From an uncultured Candidatus Saccharibacteria bacterium (GTDB lineage Bacteria > Patescibacteriota > Minisyncoccia > Minisyncoccales > PEYH01): DNA of 44,017 nucleotides. Positions 17,172 through 25,619 of this stretch are shown in pieces. Where the stretch lies: assembly GCA_964395215.1 (NCBI GenBank), contig CAYNAD010000001.1, positions 1 through 44,017 on the forward strand. The letters run 5' to 3'. A program made the position numbers and the translations under genes. Numbering within the stretch: position 1 is the stretch's first letter; every line of letters starts with the position of its first letter. The notes beneath the pieces are model-generated. The model did not search any database and was not told where the DNA came from. It saw nothing but the letters and a program-made list of their open reading frames with translations.

Positions 17172-17200
17172 TTGACATAGAAATGGTTAAGTGCTTTAAT
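17172..17200 (+). promoter_or_regulatory. Sigma-70-type promoter
   Basis: TTGACA-17 nt-TTTAAT, immediately after the secF stop. Confidence 0.6.
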
Positions 17201-17235
17201 AGATAAACTTGTGAAAATTATTAAATTTTAGGAAA

Positions 17236-18237
17236 ATGTTGAATTATCAAACAATTTGTCAAGAAATCTTACAAGACCTTGAACCAAGAAAGCGAGAGGT
17301 TTTAGAAAAAAGATTTGGTTTGATAAATGAAGACCCCTTAACACTTCAAGCAATTGGTGATGAATTGAAAATTACCAGAGAAAGAGTTCGTCAGATAGAA
17401 AATGACGCTCTTTTGTGGTTGAGAAACAAGAAAAGCCAGACACTAGACAAGCCACTTAAGAGCATTTCTGATCATCTTGATGGTTATGGTGGTTTAAGAG
17501 AAGAAACTATGTTACTTCAAGAATTGGGCGAAGATAAATTTCAAAATCATGTCCTACTTTTTCTAAGCTTAGGAGATGATTTTACGAAATTTAAGGAGAC
17601 AGACGATTTTTTCACCCTTTGGGCGGTTCAAGAAGAAAAATTAAATCAAGCTAAGAAAGTGATAGAAAATCTAATCAAAGAATTAGAAAAACGAAATGAT
17701 TTAATAGAACCAAAAGAGCTGGAGAAGAAAACTCCTTCTGAAGTTGGAGAGTCAGTCCTTATTTCCTATATTGATATTTCTAAAAATATTTTCAAATCAC
17801 CTTTTGGTTATTATGGTTTGGCTCATTGGCCCGAAGTAAGACCAAGGGGCTTAAGAGACAATGCTTATTTGGTTCTCAAGAAAGAAGATAAGCCATTGCA
17901 TTTTAGAGATATTACTAAATTAATTGGAGAACTGCCAGATAGCTCAGGCGCGGTTTTATCAGAAAGTGTCCACAACGAGCTTATAAGAAATGATAATTTT
18001 GTTTTAATCGGCAGAGGCATTTATGCTCTGAAAGAATGGGGTTATAATCCAGGCACTGTTAGAGAGGTGATAGCTGATGTTTTAAGAACATCTAAAAGTT
18101 CGCTCACAAAAGATCAAATTCTTAAAAAGGTGCTTAAACAAAGGGATGTCAAAGAAAGCACAGTGTTTTTAAATTTACAGAACAAAGAATATTTCAGCAA
18201 AGACAAGAAGGGGAGATATACAGTAGCTAAAAGCTAG
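17236..18237 (+). CDS. Sigma-70 region-4-only HTH protein with a C-terminal HARE-HTH-like domain
   Basis: N-terminal LEPRKREVLEKRFGLINEDPLTLQAIGDELKITRERVRQIENDALLWLR is a textbook sigma region 4.2, and regions 2/3 are absent. The C-terminus (HFRDITKLIGE...FVLIGRGIYALKEWGY) resembles the HARE-HTH of the RNAP delta subunit. Confidence 0.6.
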   Translation: MLNYQTICQEILQDLEPRKREVLEKRFGLINEDPLTLQAIGDELKITRERVRQIENDALLWLRNKKSQTLDKPLKSISDHLDGYGGLREETMLLQELGEDKFQNHVLLFLSLGDDFTKFKETDDFFTLWAVQEEKLNQAKKVIENLIKELEKRNDLIEPKELEKKTPSEVGESVLISYIDISKNIFKSPFGYYGLAHWPEVRPRGLRDNAYLVLKKEDKPLHFRDITKLIGELPDSSGAVLSESVHNELIRNDNFVLIGRGIYALKEWGYNPGTVREVIADVLRTSKSSLTKDQILKKVLKQRDVKESTVFLNLQNKEYFSKDKKGRYTVAKS

Positions 18238-18292
18238 AGCTTTAGCTAAACTCTAATCTCAATTTTCAATTTTCAATTAGAAACTAGTTTTA

Positions 18293-19594
18293 ATGTCTTT
18301 CATATCCTCAATTCTTATCCCTATATGGGCGATTCTCGAGGTCTGGTGGTGGGCCTTGCTTCCAATTCTATTATGGAGGCCTCTTAAGTTTCTTTGGTAC
18401 TTTTGGGGCAATGACAGGTTTTCAAAAGGGGAAGGCAAAACCATGATTTTGGAGCTCAAGATGCCCGCTGAAGTCGATAGACCCTTTAAGGCAATGGAAC
18501 AAGTTTATGCCGGGCTTTGGATGCTTTATGACCCAGCTGATTTTTATGAAAAATGGGTTGAAGGCAAATATGATGCCTCTATGTCAATAGAGATTGTGAG
18601 CATTGGAGGCAATATCCGTTTTTATTTAAGATTTCCCAAAAAAGCAAGAAATTTAATTGAATCAAGTATTTATTCTCAATATCCAGAAGTAGAAATATCG
18701 GAAGTGGAAGATTATACTAAAGATGTTCCAAAAGATATTCCTAATAAAAAATGGGATTTATGGGGTACTGATTATGAGTTTATTAAAAAGGATATTTATC
18801 CAATAAAGACCTACCCTAAATTTTTTGAAGAAAGAGCTGTTCAAGAAGAAACAGAACGAATAGATCCGCTTGCTGCTTTGCTTGAAGGGCTTAATAAGAC
18901 AGGTCCAGGCGAACAAATATGGGTACAATTTAAGTTCAAACCGATTACTGTTGGAGAAGATGATTACAATAAACGCGCAGAGGCAGAAATCGGTAAGTTG
19001 GCAAATAGGCCAGGTGAAAAGAAAAGACCACTGATGCTCAAAGAGGCAACAGATGTTGTGTTATTGGGCCAATTGCCGGCCGGAAGCGGGGATGACAAAA
19101 AACAAGAATCCTTTTTGCCTCCGGAAATGAAATTAACTCCAGGGGAAAGAGATGTAGTTTCTGCTATTGAGCACAAAGTATCAAAAGTAATGTTTAAGGG
19201 ACATATAAGATTCATTATTTTGGGGGAAAGAGATAAATGGAACAAAGGTAATTTGAGAAATGTGTTAGGATATTTTGCCAATTTTAATACTCAAGATCTT
19301 AATGCATTAAAGCCATGGCCTAAGAGTTTGACTAAGATTCATAAACACGAACGGTTTTTTCTGAATATGTTTGTTCATAAGACATTAGTATTTTATAAAA
19401 AGCGAAAACTTTTAAAAAGATATATTCAACGCTTACGTTATAATTTCCCAAAAAAGGGGGAGGAATTTATATTAAATATTGAAGAGCTGGCTACTATGTT
19501 TCATTTCGTGGGCAGAACCGCTGTTCCTGCACCAAGTATTAAGAGAGTTGAAGCTAAAAAGAGCGAGCCACCAGTTAATTTACCAGGAGAATAA
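18293..19594 (+). CDS. Hypothetical membrane-anchored protein, partner of the downstream ATPase
   Basis: 433-aa ORF with a Trp-rich N-terminal hydrophobic segment (FISSILIPIWAILEVWWWALLPILLW) followed by a soluble domain. Its stop overlaps the next ATG (TAATG). Confidence 0.7.
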   Translation: MSFISSILIPIWAILEVWWWALLPILLWRPLKFLWYFWGNDRFSKGEGKTMILELKMPAEVDRPFKAMEQVYAGLWMLYDPADFYEKWVEGKYDASMSIEIVSIGGNIRFYLRFPKKARNLIESSIYSQYPEVEISEVEDYTKDVPKDIPNKKWDLWGTDYEFIKKDIYPIKTYPKFFEERAVQEETERIDPLAALLEGLNKTGPGEQIWVQFKFKPITVGEDDYNKRAEAEIGKLANRPGEKKRPLMLKEATDVVLLGQLPAGSGDDKKQESFLPPEMKLTPGERDVVSAIEHKVSKVMFKGHIRFIILGERDKWNKGNLRNVLGYFANFNTQDLNALKPWPKSLTKIHKHERFFLNMFVHKTLVFYKKRKLLKRYIQRLRYNFPKKGEEFILNIEELATMFHFVGRTAVPAPSIKRVEAKKSEPPVNLPGE

Positions 19595-21366
19595 TGTCTA
19601 CAAAGGAGGATAATGTTACATTTTTAGGGAGAACTAATTTTAGAAATGTCCAAAAAAAGTTTGGCATTAAATTAGATGATAGAAGAAAACATGTATACAT
19701 TATCGGTAAGACGGGAATGGGCAAGACAACCCTTTTGGCGAATATGGCTGCCCAAGACATTCAGGACGGATTTGGTGTGGCTTTTATTGATCCTCATGGG
19801 GAACAAGCAGAAGCGCTGTTAGACTATGTTCCAAAAGAGAGAGTAAAAGATGTTGTTTATTTTAATCCTTCAGATATTAAATTTCCGATTGGATTTAATA
19901 TTATGGAGGTTAAAGATCCGGACATTCGGCATCTTATTGCCTCTGGATTAATGGGCGTGTTCAAAAAGATTTGGCCTGATGTTTGGTCTGCTAGGATGGA
20001 ATATATTTTAAACAATTCTATTTTAGCTCTACTTGAATATCCTGGCTCTACTTTACTCGGCATCAACAGGATGATGGCGGATGTGGATTACAGGAAGAAA
20101 GTTATTGATAAGGTGATGGATCCCGTTATTAAGGCCTTCTGGACCCAAGAATTTGCTCGCTATACTCAAAGATATGAAGTTGAGGCAACAGCAGCTATTC
20201 AGAATAAAATAGGTCAATTCATTTCCAATCCCCTGATTAGAAATATTCTTGGCCAAACCAATTCCTCAATTAGCATGAGGGATATAATGGACGAGAAAAA
20301 GATTTTGATAGTCAACTTGTCAAAAGGAAGAATGGGCGAAGCGAATTCTATGCTTTTAGGTGCTTTGGTCATTACAAAGCTTTACTTAGCCGCTATGTCC
20401 CGAATTGATATTAAAGAAGAAGAAAGAAAAGATTTTTTTCTTTACGTTGACGAGTTTCAGAATTTTGCTACTGAATCATTCGCCAGTATATTGTCTGAAG
20501 CTAGGAAATACCGACTTTGTTTAATAATGGCTCATCAATATATTACTCAAATGGAAGAGATGGTTAGGGATGCTGTTTTTGGAAATGCAGGCACTATTAT
20601 TAATTTTAGAATTGGAGCTGAAGACGGAGAATATTTAGAGAAAGAATTTGCTCCCGTTTTTGCAGTGGGGGATTTTGTAAATCTTCCAAAGTTTAATATT
20701 TATATAAAGCTTATGATTGACGGGGTGGCAGGCCGACCGTTTTCTGCTGAAACCCTGCCACCGATACCAAAGCAAGAGCATTCTCTAAGAGAGGAAATTA
20801 TTCAAAACTCGCGGGATAAATATGCAGTAAAAAGAGAGCTTATAGAAGAGGAAATTTCAAGATGGGCTACAATGGATACTGCGGGGACAAAACCGAATAA
20901 AAATAATAAAAGAGATAATAATAGATATAGTCAGGATAGTCGAAAGAAAAATAATCAGAATAGTCAGAATAATCAGAATAGTCAGAATAGTCAGAATAGT
21001 CAGAATAGCCAAAATAAAGATAATAGAGACGATCGCAATAGGAATAGCGGAGATAACCGAAGTAAAAGTAATCATGAAGTTAAGATAACTTCTCCGCAGG
21101 AAAAAATTGTTAAAACTATTTCTTTGGAGGATGCCACGAAAAAAGAACCAATATTTTTTAGCGCTCATCATAAGAATAATAAAAATAACCATCATCGTCC
21201 CAAAGAAAAAATTGATACTGGTGGTTTAAAAGAAGCAATCAAAGATGCTTTAGAAAATAGAGAGAATAAGGGTCATAAAATAGAGAATCAGAAAAATGAA
21301 AAAACATTGCAAGAGAAAGGAGAAAAAGGGTATCTAAAGCCGGGACAAAAAATTAGTTTTGATTAA
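19594..21366 (+). CDS. VirD4/TraG/TraD-type or HerA-like (DUF87/AAA_10-like) P-loop NTPase with a low-complexity C-terminal tail
   Basis: 590-aa ORF with Walker A GKTGMGKTT (aa 38-46), FIDPHGE, Walker B FFLYVDEFQNF and SEARKYRLCLIMAHQY. No N-terminal TM helices. The last ~170 aa are N/K/R/D/Q/S-rich. Confidence 0.7.
   Translation: MSTKEDNVTFLGRTNFRNVQKKFGIKLDDRRKHVYIIGKTGMGKTTLLANMAAQDIQDGFGVAFIDPHGEQAEALLDYVPKERVKDVVYFNPSDIKFPIGFNIMEVKDPDIRHLIASGLMGVFKKIWPDVWSARMEYILNNSILALLEYPGSTLLGINRMMADVDYRKKVIDKVMDPVIKAFWTQEFARYTQRYEVEATAAIQNKIGQFISNPLIRNILGQTNSSISMRDIMDEKKILIVNLSKGRMGEANSMLLGALVITKLYLAAMSRIDIKEEERKDFFLYVDEFQNFATESFASILSEARKYRLCLIMAHQYITQMEEMVRDAVFGNAGTIINFRIGAEDGEYLEKEFAPVFAVGDFVNLPKFNIYIKLMIDGVAGRPFSAETLPPIPKQEHSLREEIIQNSRDKYAVKRELIEEEISRWATMDTAGTKPNKNNKRDNNRYSQDSRKKNNQNSQNNQNSQNSQNSQNSQNKDNRDDRNRNSGDNRSKSNHEVKITSPQEKIVKTISLEDATKKEPIFFSAHHKNNKNNHHRPKEKIDTGGLKEAIKDALENRENKGHKIENQKNEKTLQEKGEKGYLKPGQKISFD
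20956..21018 (+). repeat. In-frame 9-bp tandem repeat (CAGAATAGT)n encoding (QNS)n
   Basis: Seven consecutive units (six near-identical plus a degenerate last one, CAAAATAAA) within the ATPase tail. Confidence 0.9.
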
Positions 21367-21386
21367 CAATTTTTAAGAGGTATAAT
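21359..21386 (+). promoter_or_regulatory. Sigma-70-type promoter placed for a leaderless pgk transcript
   Basis: TTGATT-16 nt-TATAAT, with the -10 box ending 7 nt before the pgk ATG. No SD is present. Confidence 0.5.
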
Positions 21387-21393
21387 AATAATA

Positions 21394-22557
21394 ATGAAAG
21401 ATATCAAAGATTTCCAATTTTACGAGAAAAAAGTTCTTGTTAGAGCTGATTTTAATGTACCCATTCATAATGGCAAAATTTTGGATGATTTTAAAATTAT
21501 AAAATCTCTGCCCACAATTAAATATTTAAAAGAACAAGGAGCTAAAATTATTTTGATAAGTCATTTGGGCAGGCCTCAAGAAGGTGAAAAAGTTAGCTTA
21601 AGCCCAATAGCTGTAAAATTAGAAGAATTGCTTGAGTGTAAAGTGAATTTCATTAATGATTGTGTTGGCAGGGGAGCACAAAAGGCAGTAAATAAAATGG
21701 TTTCCGGAGATATCGTTTTACTTGAAAACTTGAGGTTTTTTGCTGGAGAGGAACAGAACGATGAGGTCTTTGCAAAACAACTAGCCAACTTGGCTGAAAT
21801 CTATATCAACGACGCTTTTGCCTGTAGCCATAGGGAACATGCCTCAATTGTAGGCGTTCCAAAGTTATTGCCAAGCGCAGCAGGATTTTTATTGAAAGAG
21901 GAAATTACCACCCTGTCTTCAGTTATAAAGAATCCAAAGCGACCATTAATAGCGATTTTTGGAGGCGCAAAACTTGAAACAAAATTACCCTGCTTATTGA
22001 ATTTTTTAAAAAAATCAGATCATTTGATTATCGGCGGGATGCTAGCACCCGTAATTTTAGCTATTAAAAAGATAGCTATCAGCGGTCAACATTTCAATGA
22101 GGAACTGGAAGAGAAAGTTAGAAGCATTGAGCTGACAAATCCAAAATTTCATATGCCCATTGACGCGCTAGTTGGTTTGAGAGATCACAAGGTAGACTAT
22201 TTAAGACAGTCAGCTGTTGGTAATATTAGAAGCGAAGAGCAAATGTTTGATATTGGGCCTGAAAGTGTGAGGATTTTTTCTGACATTATTAAGGAGGCAG
22301 GTACAATCATTTGGAATGGTCCTCTTGGTTTTATAGAAGATGAAAGATTTGCTAACGGGACATTATCTATAGCAAATGCTATTTTAAGGAATTCTGCTTT
22401 TTCAGTTGTGGGCGGAACTGACACAGATAGTTTTTTAGCTAAAAATAATTTAAGGGAAAAATTTGGATATGTATCCACTGGTGGAGGCGCGATGCTAGAG
22501 TTTTTAAGTGGAGAAGAATTTCCCGGAATAAAGGCATTGGATTCAGAAAATGAATAA
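21394..22557 (+). CDS. pgk: Phosphoglycerate kinase
   Basis: 387-aa ORF with motifs RADFNVP, ISHLGRP and GGGAMLEFL. Confidence 0.95.
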   Translation: MKDIKDFQFYEKKVLVRADFNVPIHNGKILDDFKIIKSLPTIKYLKEQGAKIILISHLGRPQEGEKVSLSPIAVKLEELLECKVNFINDCVGRGAQKAVNKMVSGDIVLLENLRFFAGEEQNDEVFAKQLANLAEIYINDAFACSHREHASIVGVPKLLPSAAGFLLKEEITTLSSVIKNPKRPLIAIFGGAKLETKLPCLLNFLKKSDHLIIGGMLAPVILAIKKIAISGQHFNEELEEKVRSIELTNPKFHMPIDALVGLRDHKVDYLRQSAVGNIRSEEQMFDIGPESVRIFSDIIKEAGTIIWNGPLGFIEDERFANGTLSIANAILRNSAFSVVGGTDTDSFLAKNNLREKFGYVSTGGGAMLEFLSGEEFPGIKALDSENE

Positions 22558-23755
22558 GAAAAAATTTCCCAAAGGCATAAACGAGGTGAGTCAAAGAGTA
22601 ATAAAGGCGGCTGAACATTCTGAACCTGTTGTTATTTTTGGCGATTCCGATTTAGACGGAATCTCTTCTGTCGTTATTCTCCAAGAGCTTTTTGAGTTTC
22701 TAAATCCTTTATATGGAGGAAAAAACTTATCAGTTTATTTCTCAAACAGAGAGATAGAAGGATACGGCTTAAGTTTTTCAGTTCTTGAGTCTATAAAAGA
22801 CAGGGCACCGGCCCTGTTATTTATTTTAGATGCGGGAATAAGTAATTTTGAGGAAATAAAAAAAGCTAAGAAAATGGGATTTGAGGTGATTGTGATTGAT
22901 CATCATCAGATTTTAAAAAAACTGCCAAAAGCAGACTTAATTGTTGACCCTAAGCAGAAAGAAGAGAGCTATCCGTTTAAATATTTCGCTGCAGCAGGCC
23001 TTGTTTATAAGTTGGCGCAAAGGGTTTTAGAAGAGAAAAAACATCCTGATTTTTTAGAAGATCGACTTTCAGAGTTAGCTGCCTTGGCCACTATAGCTGA
23101 TATGGTGCCCATAGAGGAGGATAATGAGGAAATTATTAATCAAGGATTAGAAGCGCTTACCAGTACTCAGCGTACTGGAATTCTGGCTCTGATACAATTA
23201 AATGATATTGACATTAATTCAGACCAGGATATTTCTCAAAAGATTATTGCTCCTTTGAATACTTTTAAAATAAAGGATCATGTTGCAGAAAGTTATACTC
23301 TACTTACGGAATCATCTTTTCCAAAAGCTAAGAAATTGGCTCAAAAATTGATTCGTCAGACCAAAGAAAAAAAGCGGGCAATTAAGATGTTTGTTAATGA
23401 ATTGAAAGAAGAGGTTGAAAAAAGAGACAGTAAGAAATCTGTAATTTTTAAATATAGTAAGGCATGGAATGCGGTTTATCTCGGTATAATTGCCTCTAAG
23501 CTTTTAAATTTCTCTAAAAAGCCGGTTTTTGTTTGTAGACAGGGCGAGAATAAGGAATGTGTTTGTTCTGCTCGTTTGCCTAAGCCTTTAGATGGAGTTA
23601 AAGCAATGGAGGCCTGCAAAAAGCATTTAATAACCTATGGCGGGCATGCTCCTGCTTGTGGTTGTCGGGTTAAAGAGGAAGATTTGGATAAGTTTGGGAA
23701 ATGTTTAGAGAAATATTTTAAACAATTAAAAATTGAAATTAATGATGAGCAATAA
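22550..23755 (+). CDS. DHH/DHHA1 family phosphoesterase (short RecJ-like)
   Basis: 401-aa ORF with motifs IFGDSDLDGISS and VIVIDHHQ, and C-terminal GGHAPACG. It overlaps the pgk stop by 8 nt. Confidence 0.75.
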   Translation: MNKKKFPKGINEVSQRVIKAAEHSEPVVIFGDSDLDGISSVVILQELFEFLNPLYGGKNLSVYFSNREIEGYGLSFSVLESIKDRAPALLFILDAGISNFEEIKKAKKMGFEVIVIDHHQILKKLPKADLIVDPKQKEESYPFKYFAAAGLVYKLAQRVLEEKKHPDFLEDRLSELAALATIADMVPIEEDNEEIINQGLEALTSTQRTGILALIQLNDIDINSDQDISQKIIAPLNTFKIKDHVAESYTLLTESSFPKAKKLAQKLIRQTKEKKRAIKMFVNELKEEVEKRDSKKSVIFKYSKAWNAVYLGIIASKLLNFSKKPVFVCRQGENKECVCSARLPKPLDGVKAMEACKKHLITYGGHAPACGCRVKEEDLDKFGKCLEKYFKQLKIEINDEQ

Positions 23756-24179
23756 TGCGGATTATATAATTTATACAGACGGGGCGTCCAAGGGGAATCC
23801 AGGTCCTTCTTCAGTTGGAGTTGCAATATATGACAGTGCAGGTGTGTCTTTGAAGGATTGTTTTAAAGCAATAGGTAGGGCCACTAATAATGTAGCTGAA
23901 TATCAGGCAGTTATTTTTGCCTTAAAAAAAATAAAGGCCTTGTATGGGAAAAAGAAGGCCAAGGAAAGCGTGGTCTTGATTAACTCAGATTCAAGACTTT
24001 TAGTTAAGCAGTTGAATGGAGAATTCAGATTAAAAGATGAAAAGATAAAAGAGCTTTTTATTGATGTGTGGAATGAGAAAATGGATTTTAAAAAAGTTTT
24101 ATTCAACCAAATTCCAAGAGAAAAAAATGAGAGAGCAGATGCTTTGGCCAATCAAGCGTTTGGAGGAGGATTACTCTAG
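23742..24179 (+). CDS. Ribonuclease H (type 1, RNase HI-like)
   Basis: Motifs YTDGASKGNPGPSSVG, NNVAEYQAVIFAL, NSDSRLLVKQL and REKNERADALANQA. I prefer the ATG at 23742 over the TTG at 23733. Confidence 0.8.
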   Translation: MMSNNADYIIYTDGASKGNPGPSSVGVAIYDSAGVSLKDCFKAIGRATNNVAEYQAVIFALKKIKALYGKKKAKESVVLINSDSRLLVKQLNGEFRLKDEKIKELFIDVWNEKMDFKKVLFNQIPREKNERADALANQAFGGGLL

Positions 24180-24209
24180 GCGTTGTTCTAGAATATAAGG
24201 CATATTATC

Positions 24210-24240
24210 CAAAAAGCCCCTTAAAATGGGGCTTTTTGGA
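24210..24240. terminator. Bidirectional terminator shared by the RNase H gene (+) and rnpB (-)
   Basis: CCAAAAAGCCCC-TTAAAAT-GGGGCTTTTTGG. Confidence 0.8.
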
Positions 24241-24562
24241 TGCCTAAGTAGGCAATAGGCCGAATTCTGTTTTAAGTGATCATCTATCTAGCCCCTCGAT
24301 TACTCTCGGGGTCATGCGAGCTACTATGTTTGCTCTTGCACCCGGGCAAGGATTTAGCCGTTTCACTCTTTAGGTTTTCCTAAAGATTCACCCCTAAGGG
24401 TGCCTTTTAGCTTTCGCTTCAAGGCGTCACTGTTCGCACCTCTATCGTCACCGACGACGGGAGTTACCCGCTGCCTGTGTCAAAAAGACAGGGTGTTCGG
24501 ACCTTCCTCTCCTTATTAATGCAAAGCGTTAACAAAGAGCGATCACTTCGACTACTTAGGCA
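24241..24562 (-). ncRNA. rnpB: RNase P RNA (bacterial type A-like)
   Basis: The reverse complement contains GAGAGGAAGGTCCGAACAC (the P4 5' strand, GAGGAAAGUCCGGGC in E. coli) and ACAGAATTCGGCCTAT (the P4 3' strand). P1 is formed by TGCCTAAGTAG and CTACTTAGGCA at the two ends. Confidence 0.9.
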
Positions 24563-24567
24563 TTTTT

Positions 24568-24595
24568 ATTATATCTAGAATATAGAGTTTGTCAA
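24568..24595 (-). promoter_or_regulatory. Consensus sigma-70 promoter of rnpB
   Basis: Minus strand reads TTGACA-16 nt-TATAAT, ending 5 nt before the P1 5' end. Confidence 0.8.
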
Positions 24596-24660
24596 TAAAA
24601 GTGGTTAATATATACATACATTTGGAGATTTTTAGGAGGATAGCAATATCTTCTAATGTA

Positions 24661-24694
24661 AAAAATCAACGAGGCCCGTCCTCGTTGATTTTAT
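24661..24694. terminator. Bidirectional-looking hairpin terminator
   Basis: ATCAACGAGG-CCCGT-CCTCGTTGAT, flanked by an A-run on the left and a T-run on the right. Confidence 0.6.
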
Positions 24695-24700
24695 TTTATA

Positions 24701-24733
24701 TAAAAAGGCAGGCGTCGCCGAAGCGTCGCCTGC
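24701..24733 (-). terminator. Terminator of the deoxynucleoside kinase gene
   Basis: GCAGGCGTCGC-CGAA-GCGTCGCCTGC with one internal mismatch. A T-run follows on the minus strand. Confidence 0.7.
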
Positions 24734-24739
24734 TCGTTG

Positions 24740-25468
24740 TTAGTTCTGAATAAGAGCAAGTCTCTCATTGATAGCAGAGGTTAACTCTTGAGCTGTCCAT
24801 GATCTTTCGCCGTCGAGAACCAAGACAGGAACCCTTGGAATTTCCTCGAATTCAGTTTCGTTTTGTTCGGGGAGGATTAAGGGAGCGGTTCCGCTGTCAT
24901 CACTGTATAACCAGCGCTCGTGGAGTTCATGAAGATCCATGAGGTACTGGGGCGCGATAGCATTTTCTTCTTGGCGCTCATGGAGAGGGAGTCTGTCGAA
25001 ACAGACTTGAGGAGATACTCGGTAGTAGACAATGAGATCAGGAATTGCGATATGACTTTCTCTAAACTCAAAATTCCACATACGTCGGTAAACATCCCAC
25101 TCTATAGGCTTCATTGATTTGTTGGCCAAGCAGTTCCAGGCGAAGATATTTCGGTCGCAGAAGACAGACCTCTCTAGAGCCATAGTTGAGTGATCATTCA
25201 ACTTCAGCACGTCGGTCCAGTTCTTTGTCCTAGTAGTAAAAGCAGCCATTTGGAAAGTGAAAGCCCAGCGCTTCGGTTTTCTATAGAAGAGATCAAGAAG
25301 ATTGATGTACTTGATTTTACCCTTTACCGTAATCGGCCAGTTCCTCCAGAGTTTTACGGGCTCTTGTATCGTTCCCCATTCTTCTGTAGCGGCTAAAGTT
25401 TCCAGTACAGTCGATTTGCCTGAAGTAATGTTGCCTTCAAATAGTATCATGGTGCGTTCTTCCTCCAT
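24740..25468 (-). CDS. Deoxynucleoside kinase (dAK/dGK/dCK family)
   Basis: 242-aa ORF with AGGAGG upstream. P-loop EGNITSGKST, ERS motif ALERSVFCDRNIF, and a lid region with R residues. GC-richer than the core genes. Confidence 0.8.
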   Translation of the reverse strand: MEEERTMILFEGNITSGKSTVLETLAATEEWGTIQEPVKLWRNWPITVKGKIKYINLLDLFYRKPKRWAFTFQMAAFTTRTKNWTDVLKLNDHSTMALERSVFCDRNIFAWNCLANKSMKPIEWDVYRRMWNFEFRESHIAIPDLIVYYRVSPQVCFDRLPLHERQEENAIAPQYLMDLHELHERWLYSDDSGTAPLILPEQNETEFEEIPRVPVLVLDGERSWTAQELTSAINERLALIQN

Positions 25469-25526
25469 TTAGAGCCTCCTTGTGGGTTGCGTAATCTGTT
25501 AGTGTGCAGCTTGAGAACTTTAAATA

Positions 25527-25586
25527 ATCCTATTTCTTTTCTCTTAAATAGTCAAGATTGACATTCTTATAATCAGGTGTTAATTT
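25527..25586. promoter_or_regulatory. Divergent promoter pair with back-to-back -35 boxes in a palindrome
   Basis: AGTCAA-GA-TTGACA at 25550-25563. The plus strand reads TTGACA-17-TAATTT and the minus strand reads TTGACT-17-TAGGAT. Confidence 0.5.
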
Positions 25587-25619
25587 TATTATAGAAACTT
25601 GTAGTTTAAGGAGGGTAAT

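Noticed and set aside
20857-21195. 112-aa minus-strand ORF with ILTILTILT repeats
   Set aside because: It is the antisense reading of the (CAGAATAGT)n repeat inside a well-supported ATPase gene.
24188-24584. 11-nt direct repeat TCTAGAATATA on both sides of rnpB
   Set aside because: One copy sits in the spacer of the rnpB promoter and the other before the shared terminator. It is short, AT-rich and has no other mobile-element signature, so I treat it as coincidence.
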